A stretch of 62,022 nt of DNA, counting the filler, from Chiloscyllium plagiosum (lineage: Eukaryota), in NCBI RefSeq assembly GCF_004010195.1. It is 4 parts of one record of this genome, joined end to end, with 100 filler letters (N's around TTAATTAATTAA, not from the genome) between each part and the next. Parts side by side here need not be neighbours in the genome. Positions count along the whole stretch, not along the records: positions 48,468 to 55,361 come from NC_057711.1; positions 55,462 to 62,022 come from NC_057711.1; 2 more parts are not named here. One strand, 5' to 3'. The notes beneath the pieces are model-generated. The model was not told where the DNA came from. It made no database searches and saw only the letters and a list, made by a program, of their open reading frames with translations. A program made the translations under genes and the position numbers. The first letter of the stretch is position 1, and every line of letters starts with the position of its first letter. Below, piece after piece: positions 49,650-62,022 of the stretch.

Positions 49650-51052
49650 TATAGAGTCACACAGTCATAGAGATGTACAGCATGGAAACAGACCCATCGG
49701 TCCAACTTGTCCATGCCGACCAGATATCCCAACCCAATATAGTCCCACCTTCCAGCACCCGGCTCATATCCCTCCAAATCCTTCCTATTCATATACCCAT
49801 CCAAATTGCCTCTTAAATGTTACAATTGTACCAGCATCCATCACTTCCTCTGGCAGCTCATTCCATACACATACCACCATCTGTGTGAAAAAGGTGCCCC
49901 GTAGATCTCTTTTATATCTTTCCCCTCTCACCCTAAACCCATGCCCTCTAGTTCTGGACTCCACGACACCAGGGAAAAGACTTTGTCTATTTACCCTATC
50001 CATGCCCCTCATAATTTTATAAACCTCTATAAGGTCACCCCTCAGCCTCTGACGCTTCAGGGAAAACAGCCCCNNNNNNNNNNNNNNNNNNNNNNNNNNN
50101 NNNNNNNNNNNNNNNNNNNNNNNNNNNNNNNNNNNNNNNNNNNNNNNNNNNNNNNNNNNNNNNNNNNNNNNNNNNNNNNNNNNNNNNNNNNNNNNNNNNN
50201 NNNNNNNNNNNNNNNNNNNNNNNNNNNNNNNNNNNNNNNNNNNNNNNNNNNNNNNNNNNNNNNNNNNNNNNNNNNNNNNNNNNNNNNNNNNNNNNNNNNN
50301 NNNNNNNNNNNNNNNNNNNNNNNNNNNNNNNNNNNNNNNNNNNNNNNNNNNNNNNNNNNNNNNNNNNNNNNNNNNNNNNNNNNNNNNNNNNNNNNNNNNN
50401 NNNNNNNNNNNNNNNNNNNNNNNNNNNNNNNNNNNNNNNNNNNNNNNNNNNNNNNNNNNNNNNNNNNNNNNNNNNNNNNNNNNNNNNNNNNNNNNNNNNN
50501 NNNNNNNNNNNNNNNNNNNNNNNNNNNNNNNNNNNNNNNNNNNNNNNNNNNNNNNNNNNNNNNNNNNNNNNNNNNNNNNNNNNNNNNNNNNNNNNNNNNN
50601 NNNNNNNNNNNNNNNNNNNNNNNNNNNNNNNNNNNNNNNNNNNNNNNNNNNNNNNNNNNNNNNNNNNNNNNNNNNNNNNNNNNNNNNNNNNNNNNNNNNN
50701 NNNNNNNNNNNNNNNNNNNNNNNNNNNNNNNNNNNNNNNNNNNNNNNNNNNNNNNNNNNNNNNNNNNNNNNNNNNNNNNNNNNNNNNNNNNNNNTCTTAA
50801 AAGTGGCACCATGTTAGCCAACCTCCAGTCTTCCAGCAACTCACCTGTGACTATTGATGATACAAATATCTCAGCAAGAGGCCCAGCAATCACTTCTCTA
50901 GCTTCCCACAGAGTTCTAGGGTACACCTGATCAGGTCCTGGGGATTAATCCATCTTTACCCATTTCAAGACATCCAGCACTTCCTTCTCGGTAATATGGA
51001 CATTTTGCAAGATGTCACCATCTATTTCCCTGCAGTCTATATCTTCCACATC
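49650..51052 (-). mobile_element. CR1 LINE 3' end and RT start, spanning a gap
   Basis: gtcatagag tail; MRGMDRVNRQSLFP; YPRTLWEAREVIAGPL. Confidence 0.88.
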
Positions 51053-51095
51053 TTTTACAAGGATGTTGCCAGGGTTGGAGGACTTGAGCTATAGG

Positions 51096-51950
51096 GTTGA
51101 CACTGACCAACTTGATACTGGCATTTTTTACAAACGCACAAACTCCCATAGTGACCTGGATTACACCTCTTCCCACCCCACCTCCTGCAAAAATGCCATC
51201 CCGTATTCCCAATTCCTCCGCCTCCGCCGTATCTGCTCCCAGGAGGACCAGTTCCACCACGGAACACACCAGATGGCCTTCTTCTTTAGAGACAGCAATT
51301 TCCCTTCCCACGTGATTAAAGATGCCCTCCAACGCATCTCGTCCAAAACCCCTTCCCCCTTCAAACCCCACCCCTCCAACCGTAATGATGCTGTCTCCTC
51401 TACATTGGAGAGACGGGACGCCTCCTAGCAGAGCGCTTTAGGGAACATCTCCGAGACACCCGCATCAATCAACCCCATCACCCTGTGGCCCAACATTTCA
51501 ACTCCCCCTCCCACTCTGCCGAGGACATGCAGGTCCTGGGCCTCCTACCGCCGCTCCCTCACCACCAGACGCCTGGAGGAAGAATGCCTCATCTTCCGCT
51601 TCGGAGCACTTCAAGCCCATGTGGACTTCACCAGTTTCCTCATTTCCCCTTCCTCCACCTCACTCCAGCTCCAACCTTCCAGCTCAGCACCATCCCCATG
51701 ACCTGCCCTACCTGCCTATCTTCCTTTCCACCTATCCACTATACCCTGCTCTCTGACCTATCACCTTCATCCCCACCCCCATTGCCATTTATCTCTCCAC
51801 TCTGCAGGCACCCTGCCTTTATTCCTATTTTTGGGCTTTTGCCTGATACATCGATTTTCCTGCTCCTCAGATGCTGCCTGACCTGCTGTGCTTTTCCAGC
51901 ACCACTCTAATCTAGATCTGGTTTCCAGCATATGCAGTACTTGTTTTTAC
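51096..51950 (+). mobile_element. Penelope-like element (RT thumb, GIY-YIG and 3' unit) inserted in a CR1
   Basis: IFYKRTNSHSDLDYTSSHPTSCKNAIPYSQFLRLRRICS; LYIGETGRLLAERFREHL; VAQHFNSPSHS. Confidence 0.9.
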
Positions 51951-52388
51951 CCAGAGTTTGAACAGGCTGGGGCTGTTTTCCCTGGAGTGTCGGAGGCTGA
52001 GGAGTGACCTTATAGGGGTTTACAAAATTATGAGGGGCATGGATAGGGTAAATAGGCAAAGTCTTTTTCCTGGGATCAGGGAGTCCAGAACTAGAGCGCA
52101 TAGGTTTAGGGTGAGAGGAAAAGATATAAAAGAGACCTAAGGGACAACACTTTCACACAGAGGGTGGTACGTGTATGGAATGAGCTGCCAGAGGAAGTGG
52201 TAGAGGCTGGTACAGTTGCAACATTTAAGAGGCATTTGGATGGGTATATGAATAGGAAGGGTTTGAAGGGATATGGGCCGGGTGTTGGCAGGTGGGACAG
52301 GATTAAGTTGGGCTATCTGGTCGGCATGGATGGGTTGGACCGATGGGTCTGTTTCCATGCTGTACATCTCTATGACTCTATGACTCTA
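51951..52388 (+). mobile_element. CR1 3' end (continues 51053-51095)
   Basis: LNRLGLFSLECRRLRSDL; VWNELPEEVVEAG; (CTCTATGA)n tail. Confidence 0.92.
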
Positions 52389-52392
52389 ATTG

Positions 52393-52505
52393 ACACAGTG
52401 ACAATTACTATTTAACTGTTCCAATATAATAACATCCTCTCAACACACCCTCTTGGCAAAAAGGCAAATTTAGAAAAGAAATGCTGTCTCATATGCAATC
52501 CAGCC
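52393..52505. mobile_element. LTR fragment related to 13748-14357
   Basis: ctgttccaa..caccctcttggcaaaaaggcaaa matches 13988-14043. Confidence 0.5.
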
Positions 52506-53296
52506 TTGTGAACCTTATCTGGACTGCCTCCAGTGCTAGTATATTTTTCTCAGATAAGGGGCCCATAACTGTTCACAGTATCCGAGCTGTGGCCTAATTT
52601 GAATGACCTCACATTTTCTCATATTATATTCCATCCGCCAAGATTCGAGGTTGCTTCAGAAAGCAGGAAAACCTTGCGCTACAATTACAAAGCAGGAAAG
52701 GGAGGCACAAGTCAGTTCTTTGCCATTTAGTTGTTAAGCCAACAATTGAGTTGATAGCAGAAGTTCCTGTCTGGGGTATAATTGGGAGGATTGGGTCATC
52801 TTCAGTATAGAAGGACACCAAGTCCTTGTTTAAGTTTGGAGAAATCTAATATGGGATTTTTTTTCACTCCAAAGAAATTTTAATGTTCCTTTTAGGTTAT
52901 AATACCTCTTAAACTGAGAATATTGGAGAATATTGCTGGAGTAACTTTTTGTCAGTGTGGCATTTGAATTATTTGGATTATGTCTGTGATTTCTAATAAA
53001 CAAAGCCATTGCTGTGAGCAGAAATTTGAAAGATTTGCCAGAATGCTTTCAAAATAAGGAATTGTATATTCAGTATTACAGTATACAATCTGGAGGGAGA
53101 CCTACATTTTGCAATTGTTATCTTTTGAAAGGAACACTGAACCAATACTGAGCCTGCCTCTTTGGTAATGCTTTAATATGTGTTAAGGATCCAAAAGTAT
53201 TAGTCAGAGTAGGAGCTACTCAGAATGTCTTAGACAGTCCTAAATAGCAGTAAGCAAACGACTGATCATTTCTATTTGTGTGATCTCTCTCTCTCT

Positions 53297-54549
53297 AATA
53301 GAACATAGAACAATACAGCGCAGAACAGGCCCTTTTGCCATTGATGTTGTGCCCACCTGTGAACTATTCTAAGCCCATCCACCTACACTATCCCATCATC
53401 ATCATCCATGTGCTTATCCAAGGATTGTTTAAATGCCCCTAATGTGGCTGGCTGCGTTAACTACATTGGCAGGTAGGGCATTCCACGCCCTTACCATTCT
53501 CTGAGTAAAGAACCTGCCTCTGATGTTTATCTTAAATCTACCACCTCTCAATTTGTAGCTATGCCCCCACATACAAGCTGCGTCATCATCCTCGGAAAAA
53601 GACTTCCACTGTCTACCCTATCTAGTGTTGTTTGTCTCTAACAAATTCCTCCTAGCCTTCTTCTTTCCAATGAGAACAGACCCAAGTCTCTCAGCCTTTC
53701 CTCATAAGACCTTCTCTCCAGACAAGGCAGCATCCTGGTAAATCTCCTTTGCACCTTTTCCACATCCTTCATGTAATGGGGCAACCAGAACTGTACACAA
53801 TATTCCAAGTACGACTGCACTAGTGTTTTGTATAGTTGCAGCATGACATCACGGCTCCAGAACTCAATCCTTCTACCAATGAAACCTAATGCACTGTATG
53901 CCTTTTAACAGCACTATCAACCGGGGTGGCAACTTTCAGGGATCTATGTACATGGACTTCAAGATCCCTCAGCACATCCACACTACCAAGAATCTTTCCA
54001 CTGACCCAGCACTCTGCCTTCCTGTTATTCTTCCCAAAGTACATCACCTCACATATGTATGCATTGAACTGCATTTGCCACCTCTCAGCCCAGTTCTGCA
54101 GTTTATCCAAGGCCCCCTGCAACTTGCAACATTCTTCCACACTGTCCACTACTCCACCGACTTTAGTGTCATCTGCAAACTTACTAACTCATCCACCTAT
54201 GCCTGCGTCTAAGTCACTTATAAAAATGACAAACAGTAGTGGCCCCAAAACAGATCCTTGTGGCACACCATGAGTAACTGGACTCCAGACTGAATATTTT
54301 CCATCAACCACCACTCGTTGCCTTCTTACAGAAAGTCAGTTTCTAATCCAAATGGCGAAATCACCCTCAATCTCATGCTTCTGCATTTTCTACAACAGCC
54401 TACCATGTGGAACCTTATCAAAGGCTTTACTGAAGTCCATGTACACCATGTCAACTGCCCTACTCTCATCCACATGCTTGGTCAACTTCTCAAAAACCTT
54501 AATGAGATTTGTGAGGCATGACCTGCCCTTGATGACACCATGTTGACTA
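53297..54549 (-). mobile_element. CR1 LINE 3' part
   Basis: atagaac tail; LYKTLVQSYLEYCVQFW; reverse-strand FADDTK and MDFSKAFDKV motifs. Confidence 0.92.
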
Positions 54550-54550
54550 A

Positions 54551-54632
54551 GTAGTCGTGATTGAGTGGTTAAGGCGATGGACTAGAAATCCATTGGGGTC
54601 TCCCTGCGCAGGTTTGAATCCTGCTGACTAAG
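54551..54632 (+). tRNA. tRNA-Ser(AGA) copy, probably a pseudogene
   Basis: GTAGTCGTG..GAGTGGTTAAGGCGATGGACT-AGA-AATCCATTGGGGTCTCCC..GCAGGTTTGAATCCTGCTGACTA matches vertebrate tRNA-Ser with a long variable arm; anticodon at 54584-54586; CpG-type changes include TTCG>TTTG in the B box. Confidence 0.9.
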
Positions 54633-55361
54633 TGTCGATCGTATATTGGTATTTTAGGTGTTGGAGGTGATTGCCTCGAATTCCAGGAGCAGCAATTACT
54701 GTTTTATATGCTGTTGCATTGTTTTGGAACTTTGGAAAAAAAAGTCAAAACAACAGCAGTTTAAAAGGGAGAAGAGCAGACAAAGGAAGCACATGGTGAG
54801 GACAGTGCAGGGGAGAGAGAGAGAGAGAGAGAGAAAACCTGCACAGTTACCGCCTTTGCTGTACGCTGGACATCGGAGTACATCTGGGAAAATTAACAAA
54901 CAGTGAAATTCACAACTAATCTTGGAGGAACTGTTGGGCGAAGTTCACAGCACAGAATCAGATAAATTAATTGTTATTTTAAGTCTGTCCAAGAAAAAGG
55001 CTGCAGTAGTGAATATAGTGGATTCTTTCTTGATAGTATGTTTTTGAAGATAAGTCTCTTGATTAAACTTAAAATATAAGCCATAGTTATTAATTTAACC
55101 TGGGGCAGTATTTGTAGAGGAATAAGACGGTGTTATTTTCTGGGTCTGTAGATTGTGAAGGAGCAAAAATGGCCTTTGCAGTGATATGTACATCTTGTCA
55201 GATGTGGGAGTTTAAAGAGAGTTTAAGGGTTACTGCGGATTATATCTGCCATAAATGCTGCTGGATGCGAATCTTATCAGATCGAGTGGATCGGTTAGAG
55301 AGACAGATAGAAGCGATGGGGAATTTGCAACAGCAACAGTATGTGATGGATGGCAGTTATA
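54633..55361 (+). mobile_element. CR1 5'UTR (with (GA)n at 54813-54834) and ORF1 zinc-finger start
   Basis: ATG at 55169: MAFAVICTSCQMWE..YICHKC..LSDRVDRLERQIE, the same architecture as the ORF1 starts at 24006 and 49634. Confidence 0.8.
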
Positions 55362-55461
55362 NNNNNNNNNNNNNNNNNNNNNNNNNNNNNNNNNNNNNNN
55401 NNNNNTTAATTAATTAANNNNNNNNNNNNNNNNNNNNNNNNNNNNNNNNNNNNNNNNNNNN

Positions 55462-55597
55462 GGAATCAAGGGTTATGGAGATAAGGCAGGAACAGGATAC
55501 TGATTAGGAATGATCAGCCATGATTATATTGAATGGCGGTGCAAGCTCGAAGGGCTGAATGGCCTACTCCTGCACCTATTGTCTATTGTCTATTGTC
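55462..55597 (+). mobile_element. CR1 3'UTR and tail
   Basis: ggaatcaagggttatgg..gaagggctgaatggcctactcctg plus (CTATTGT)n. Confidence 0.85.
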
Positions 55598-55649
55598 TTC
55601 AGATGCTGCCTGACCTGCTGTGCTTTTCCAACACCACTCTAATCTAGAC

Positions 55650-57545
55650 TACATATAGATCATGGCCATTGCTTTGCCCTCATCAATCTTCTTTGTTACT
55701 TCTTCAAAACACTTAATCAAGTTTATGAGACATAATTTCCCATGCACAAAGCCATGTTGACTATTCCTAATCAGCCTTTGTATTTCCAACTACAAGTACA
55801 TCATATCCCTCAGGATTCCCTCCAAAAATGTGCCCACCACTGACATCAGGCTCACTGGTCTATAGTTCCCTGGCTTGTCCTTATCCACCTTTCTTAAACA
55901 GTAGCACCACGTTAGCCAACCTCCAGTCTTCCGGCACCTCAACTGTGACTATCGATGATACAAATATCTCAACAAGAGCCCAGCAATCACTTCCCTAGCT
56001 TCCCACAGAGTTCTAGGGTACACCCGATCAGGTCCTGGGGATTTATCCACTTCAATGTGTTTCAAGAAATCCAGCACTTCCTCCTCTGTAATATGGACAT
56101 TTTTCAAGATGTCACCATCTATTTCCCCACATTCTATATCTTCCATGTCCTTTTCCACAGTAAATACTGATGCAAAATACTCGTTTAGTATCTCCGCCAT
56201 CTCCTGCGGCTACACACAAAGGCCACCTTGCTGATCTTTGAGGGGCCCTATTCTCTCCATAGTTACCCTTTTGCCCTTAATGTATTTGTAAAAACCCTTT
56301 GGATTCTTCTTAACTCTATTTGCCAAAGCTATCTCATGTCCCCTTTTTGCCCTCCTGATTTCCCCCTTAAGTATACTCCGACTGCCTTTATACTCTTCTC
56401 AGGATTCACTCGATCTATCCTGTCTAATCCTAACATGTGCTTCCTTCCCTTTCTTAACCAAATCCAAAATTTCTTTAGTCATCCAGCATTCCCTATACCT
56501 ACCAGCCTTTCCTTTCACTCGCGCAGGAATATACTGTCTCTAGACTCACGTTATCTCATTTCTGAAGGCTTCCCATTTTCCAGCTGTCCCTTTACATGCG
56601 AACGTTTGTCCCCTATCAGCTTTTGAAAGTTCTTGCCTAATGCTGTCAAAATTGGCCTTTCTCCAATTTAGAAGTTCAAATTTATCTCTGATCTATCTTT
56701 TTCCATCACTATTTTAAAACTAATAGAATTATGGTCGCTGGCCCCAAAGTGCTCCCCCACTGACGCCTCAGTCACCTGCCCTGCCTTATTTTCTTGTACA
56801 TACTTAAAAATTCCTCTCCATCTAAACTCTTAACACTATGGCAGTCCCAGTCTACATTTGGAAAGTTAAAATCCCCTACCGTAACCACCCTATTATTCTT
56901 ACAGATAACTGAGATCTCCTTTCAAATTTGTTTCTTAATTTCCCTCTGACCATTAGGGGGTCTATAATACAATTCCAATAAGGTGATAATACCTTTCTTA
57001 TTTCTCAGTTTCACCCAAATAACTTCTGTGGATGTATTTCTGGGAATATTCTCACTCAGCACAGCTGTAATGCCATCCCCAATCAAAAATGCCACTCCCT
57101 CTCCTCTCTTGCCTCCCTTTCTGTCCTGGAATATTAAGCTGCTAGTCCTGTCCACCCCTGAGCCATGTTTCTGTAATTGCTATGATATCCCAGTCCCATG
57201 TTCCTGATGATGCCCTGAGTTCATCTGCCTTTCCTGTTAGGCTCCTTGCATTGAAAGAAATGCAGTTTAATTTATCAGTCCTACTTTGTTCTCTGCTTCA
57301 TCCCTGCCTGCCCTGACTGTTTGGCTTGCTTCTGTTCCCAACTGTATCAGTCTCAGATTGATCTCTTACCTCACTATCTCCCTGGGTCCCACCACCCTCC
57401 CCCCCCTCACCAACCCCCCCACCTAACTAGTTTAAATCCTCCCGAGCAGCTCTAGCAAATCTTCCTGCCAGTATATTAGTCCCCTTCCAATTTAGGTGCA
57501 ATCCATCCTTCTTGTCCAAATCACTTCTATCCCAATAGAGATTCT
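55650..57545 (-). mobile_element. CR1 ORF1 end through ORF2 EN/RT fragment
   Basis: DRKGGKRGEGVA..YYRPP; MAEILNEYFASVFT..KSPGPD. Confidence 0.9.
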
Positions 57546-57584
57546 AGTGGAAAATGCCATTCAAGTTTCAGGAGGAGAAAGTGA

Positions 57585-57990
57585 CATAAAGTCATAGAGT
57601 CCTACAGCATGTGGACATACCCAAACTGGCCCATGTCGACCAAGACGTCCATCCACGCTAACCCCATTTCACTGCCTTTGGCCCATATCCTCTAAACCTT
57701 TCCCTATCCATGTATTTGTTGAAATGCATTTTAAATGTTGCTGATGTACCCCCTTCAACCATTCCACTGGCAGCTCATTTTAAATGTGTACCACTCTCTG
57801 TGTAAAATAGTTGCCCCTCAGGTTCCCTTGTATCCTTTCCCCTCTAACCTTAAACTGATGCCCTCTAGTCTTCGATTTCCCCAACCCTGGGAAAAAGATT
57901 GAGTGCATTCACCCTTTTCAAGCCTCTTATGATCTCATACACTTCTATAAGAGCACCTCCCTCACCATCACCCCAACTGTTCCTATGCTC
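57585..57990 (-). mobile_element. CR1 3' end
   Basis: gtcatagagtcc tail and RT C-terminus remnant. Confidence 0.85.
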
Positions 57991-58314
57991 TATGTTGGAT
58001 TTTAAAACTAAGGCCAAAAGTTTATTGTTGGCTTGCGTTCTGCAGTAGTTGTAATGTTTGCAGACCTTGAGTTCTCATTGAATTGTTACTGTCCTGAGCT
58101 GCTTTTTCATGAGGCTCCAAGGGGTTGGTTAATGATAGTCTACTTCTACTTTGATTGTAACAGAACCACAATTAAATATGGCTATTATCGCCCAAATAAA
58201 TCAATACCTTAAAGAAGTCTTTATAAAATTGGATCTGCTCAAGGTTTGGAATTAGTGAGACTGAAGTCTTGTGGGGTGTATTCAACATATTCCTTTCCCT
58301 CATTTAGTTGTATC

Positions 58315-58705
58315 AAAGAACACAGAAGAACAAAGAATAGTACAACACAAGAACAGACATCTTCAGCCTACCAGGACTGCACCAACACATAATGCCTTTC
58401 TAAACTAAAACCGTTTTGCCTCTATGATGTCTGTGTGTCTCTACTCCCTGCCTATTCATATATCTGACAAGATGCTTCTTAAATGTTGCTAGTGTATTCG
58501 CTTCTACCACATCCTCTGGCAGCACATTCTGGGCAGTGATAACCCTTTGAGTAAAATACTTGCCTCTCACAACTCTTTTTAAATTATCCCCTTTTAACAT
58601 AAAATTTTATGACTTGTACCTTGGGAAAATATGCTGATCATCCATTAGATCTATGCCTATCATAATTTTGTAATCTTCTATCAGGCCAGCCTTCATCTTT
58701 GAACA
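58315..58705 (-). mobile_element. CR1 3' end (older family)
   Basis: aaagaac tail; FTQRVI..NVLPEDVVEA..FKKHL. Confidence 0.8.
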
Positions 58706-59829
58706 CATTGTATCGTAAGAGTGTAAAGAACCAGTCGTAAGACTGGTTCCCTTTCCCTTTCACAGATCAAATAATATTGTCCTGTGATGCAAAACCACCT
58801 GCAGGCACTTGAGTACCTATTTGTTATTTCTTATTAGACTAATCATTTGGATTCCTGAAAATCTTGTGTAAGTACAACTTCTATGCCCCCATGGTCCAAA
58901 GTATTATCTCTATCTTTTCATACTCTATTGGTTTCTCTTGATTTAATCATTTCCATCACACCACCTGCCATCCTTGACTAGCTTAATATTGCCTTGAATT
59001 CCTGTCATTACTTTGTTCTAAGAAGACAGTTTTACTAATTACCTTAATGACTGGATCATAGATATGGGCTAAACCATAGATCAGATTTTTTGGATGACAG
59101 CCCTGCTACCCAAAGCGAACACAAACCACTGATCACAGCAACTCCACAATCACCAAATACTGCAGGTGTGCTGATTGGCTAGTGCCTGGAATGCTGCTCC
59201 TGGCTTGGATAAGAGTCCTTCCTTTCAGATCTACCTGTCAAACTGATTAACTAAAAACTCTGTGGTCTCAGCAGTGCTGGCTGCAGCTTTGGCCAGGACT
59301 TGGACTACAAGTATTCTTCATACTTTAAATGTCAAAGTCCAGGTCCCTCATTGTGGGGAAAAGAATAGGCCTGAAAGTTTCGTTTTTGATAAAGATGCTG
59401 GGGTTGGGGGTAGGAATGTTGGAACGGGTAGCATCCTCGAGGAGGAAACCTTGGACATGAAGCCAATGTGGAAAGGAAGCCAGAATGAGGGCAGCCCCAT
59501 TTCCTGCTTAAGGCCTGAGCAGGATCATTTGCCAGGCTTTTGCCCTGGATAGCCCCATAACTCAAGCCAGCCTCAAAATTGAGGCAAGGTGGCCTTAAAT
59601 GGTCGATAACCTCCCAATTATAGGCCTCAAAAGTGTCTTCCCTGTTCCACAGTAAAAATGAAGACAGGTTGTAGGTGGGAGGCAACCAGGGAACTATTAA
59701 GACTCCTTACTTGTAAATCTAGCGGGGAATGGTAGAATTCTGCCAGTCAGATGCAATGATCACATACAATGAGAGGCATGTTTGAATGTGAGCAGGAAGT
59801 TTAACTCCCTTAAAAAATGACTGCACATC

Positions 59830-60155
59830 AAAATCATAGAATCTCTACAGTGAAGAAAGAAGCCATTCAGCCCATTAAGTTTGCAATGACCCTCCAAAAA
59901 ATATCCCACTCAATCCCTGTAACCCCACATTTACCACGACTAATCCACCTAGCCTGGAGACTACAGGGCAATTTAGCATGACCAGTCTATCTAACCTGTG
60001 CATTTTTGGATTGTGGGAGGAAACCAGAGCCCTTGACAGCAACCCATGCAGACACAGGGAGAACTCCACACTGACAGTCACCTAAGGCTGGAATTGAATT
60101 TGGCTTCATGGCACTATGAGGCAGCAATGCTAACCACTGAGCAACCATGCCACCC
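59830..60155 (-). mobile_element. HE1-type SINE (older copy)
   Basis: Head-to-tail homology with the other copies. Confidence 0.87.
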
Positions 60156-60829
60156 TAAATCCAATAATTAATTGCTCCATTTCTCGATTTCAGCGGGCAA
60201 AGGTTGAAGACAACTATTGGATGGTATTTAAATATCTGTTTTAACTTAGCACTCCAGCCTTAACTGTCAGGGTACTATTTCCTCACCTGAATGGAAGTGG
60301 TCAAAGGAATCAGCAGCAGAAATATGAGTGGACAGTTGGAAGCTACTTCAACGTAATTGACAGACTTTGAAGCTGAAGAGTTCCAACAAAGGTCAGGTGA
60401 AAAACTGCTCTTTGTAGCATTTCTTCACTCAAAGCATGCTGTCATTGTTTTATCAATGATTGCCAAAATCCCGAAAGGCTCTTTATCCTGTGCAGCACTT
60501 CACTGAACTTCAGTGGCATTTCCTCAATAGTAGTATTCAGCTTGGCATGGCAGGGTCTTAATGAGCTGGACCTTGCATCCATAATGAGAAACAAGAGGAG
60601 AAACAACATTAAAAGGATCAGGAGAAGTACCAGCTTCCTTCTTCACACCTTCATTCCCCTCCATAAAGTAAAAAGGATGGTTACAAAGATTCAGTTTGAA
60701 GGAGAGAAAACTCCAAATGCGATATTTCTCAAAGTATGCATTATCACCAGTATGTCGAAATGCTCAGGCTTTCATGGTGGATCATTGCTGACATCTGCAG
60801 CCACCTTCATTGTCAAATTGGTCAAAATA

Positions 60830-61285
60830 AGGTGGAGTATTGTGTGCAGTTTTGGGCTCCATACCTCAGAAAGCATGTACTGGCTCTGGATTGTTTTCAG
60901 AGGAGGTTCACAAGAATGGTCCCAGGAATGAATAGTTTAACATATGAGGAATGCTTGAGGATTCTGGGTTTATATTTGATGGAGTTTAGAAGGATGAGAG
61001 GGGATCTAATTGAAACATACAGAATATTGAATGGCCTGGACAGACTAGACGTTGGGAAGATGTTTCCATTGGTTGGAGAGACTAGGGCCTGAGGGCATAG
61101 CTTTAGGGTAAAAGGAAGACCTTTTGGAAGGGAGATAAGGAGAAACTTCTTCAGCCAAACATCGATGAATCTATGGAATTTATTGCCACAGAAGGCTGTG
61201 GAGGCCATGTCTTTGATTATATTTAAGACTGATATAGATAGGTTCTTGAGTATCAAGGGGATCAAAGGTTATGGGGAGAAATGGA
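60830..61285 (+). mobile_element. CR1 RT 3' fragment
   Basis: EYCVQFWAPYLRK..QRRFTRMVPG..RRMRGDLIETY. Confidence 0.9.
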
Positions 61286-61537
61286 GTGTTGGACAAAGTT
61301 GGAGCGGGCAGGGCCAGACTGGGGGCGGGGGGGGTAGTGGGGTTGGGGGGCAGACCTGGTGGGGGCTGTGGGGCTCGCACCAGGTGTGCTGCTGCCTCAT
61401 CTCGTGAACAGGGAGTGGACTGTACAGAAAACTCCGAGCCCCAGAGGAAAGGCATTGAATCAATTAACCAAATAATCAATTATCCAAATGAAATGGTGCC
61501 CACCCATCTCATTTGGATAATCAAGGTTCCTCTGTAA
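61286..61537. mobile_element. Tigger-like non-autonomous element end
   Basis: attatccaaatg / catttggataat subterminal palindrome followed by ...ggttcctCTG|TA. Confidence 0.5.
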
Positions 61538-61559
61538 ATGGCCTTCCAGAAATAAACCA

Positions 61560-62022
61560 GGGCAAGTGATTGAGGTATTAGTGGGGGAGTACTTTAGGGC
61601 CAGTGACCATTATTGTATTAGTTTTAATAAAGTTATGCAAGAGGGTAGGCCTGGTCTGCAAATTAAAGTTCGAAATTAGGGCAAGGGCAATTTTGATGGT
61701 ATTAGACATGAACTTGTAAAAATTGATTGAGGGAGGTTGTTTGCAGGTAAGGGGATGGCAAGTGGGAGGTGTTCAAAAGCAAGATAACAAGAATGTTGAG
61801 GGGACATGAAAAGTCCTTAGTTGGTAGGATTAGGGAAAACCCTAAGGCTTTCTATAGGTATGTCAGGAATAAAAGAATGACTAGGGTAGGAATAGGTCCA
61901 GTCAAGGATAGTAGTGGGAAGTTGCGTGTGGAGGCTGAAGAGATTGGGGAGACACTGAATGAATACTTTTCATCAGTATTCACTCAGGAACAGGACATTG
62001 TTGTCGATGTGAATACTGAGTC
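61560..62022 (+). mobile_element. CR1 ORF2 fragments
   Basis: SDHY; RENPKAFYRYVRNKR; ETLNEYFSSVFTQE. Confidence 0.85.

Noticed and set aside
49941..50930. Long ORFs of 329 and 289 aa
   Set aside because: They are mostly X residues from an N-gap.

Overview
Repeat-saturated non-coding DNA from a cartilaginous fish (shark). This is inferred from HE1-type tRNA/V-SINEs, a SacSINE1-like Deu-SINE, esterase-ORF1 CR1 LINEs, Rex1/Babar LINEs and hammerhead-bearing Penelope-like elements; a bamboo/carpet shark is plausible but not provable. I found no convincing host-gene exon, and nearly all listed ORFs are transposon debris. The standout is a near full-length, mutationally inactivated R2A-clade retrotransposon at ~40.6-45.18 kb (three zinc fingers, Myb, RT, RLE nuclease, structured UTRs). 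It lies outside 28S rDNA, has no 28S target flanks, and is fused at its 3' end to a 5'-truncated CR1. Other notable items: a tRNA-Ser(AGA) copy heading a CR1 5'UTR/ORF1; palindromic Penelope derivatives with minimal hammerhead ribozymes and 13-18 bp TSDs; a ~1.5 kb CR1-derived tract with strand-biased T>C change; and fossil Harbinger, Tigger, Gypsy-gag, solo-LTR and foldback elements. There are four N-gaps, three carrying an artificial TTAATTAATTAA spacer. Family assignments come from motif recognition only; no searches were run, and boundaries of old repeats are approximate.
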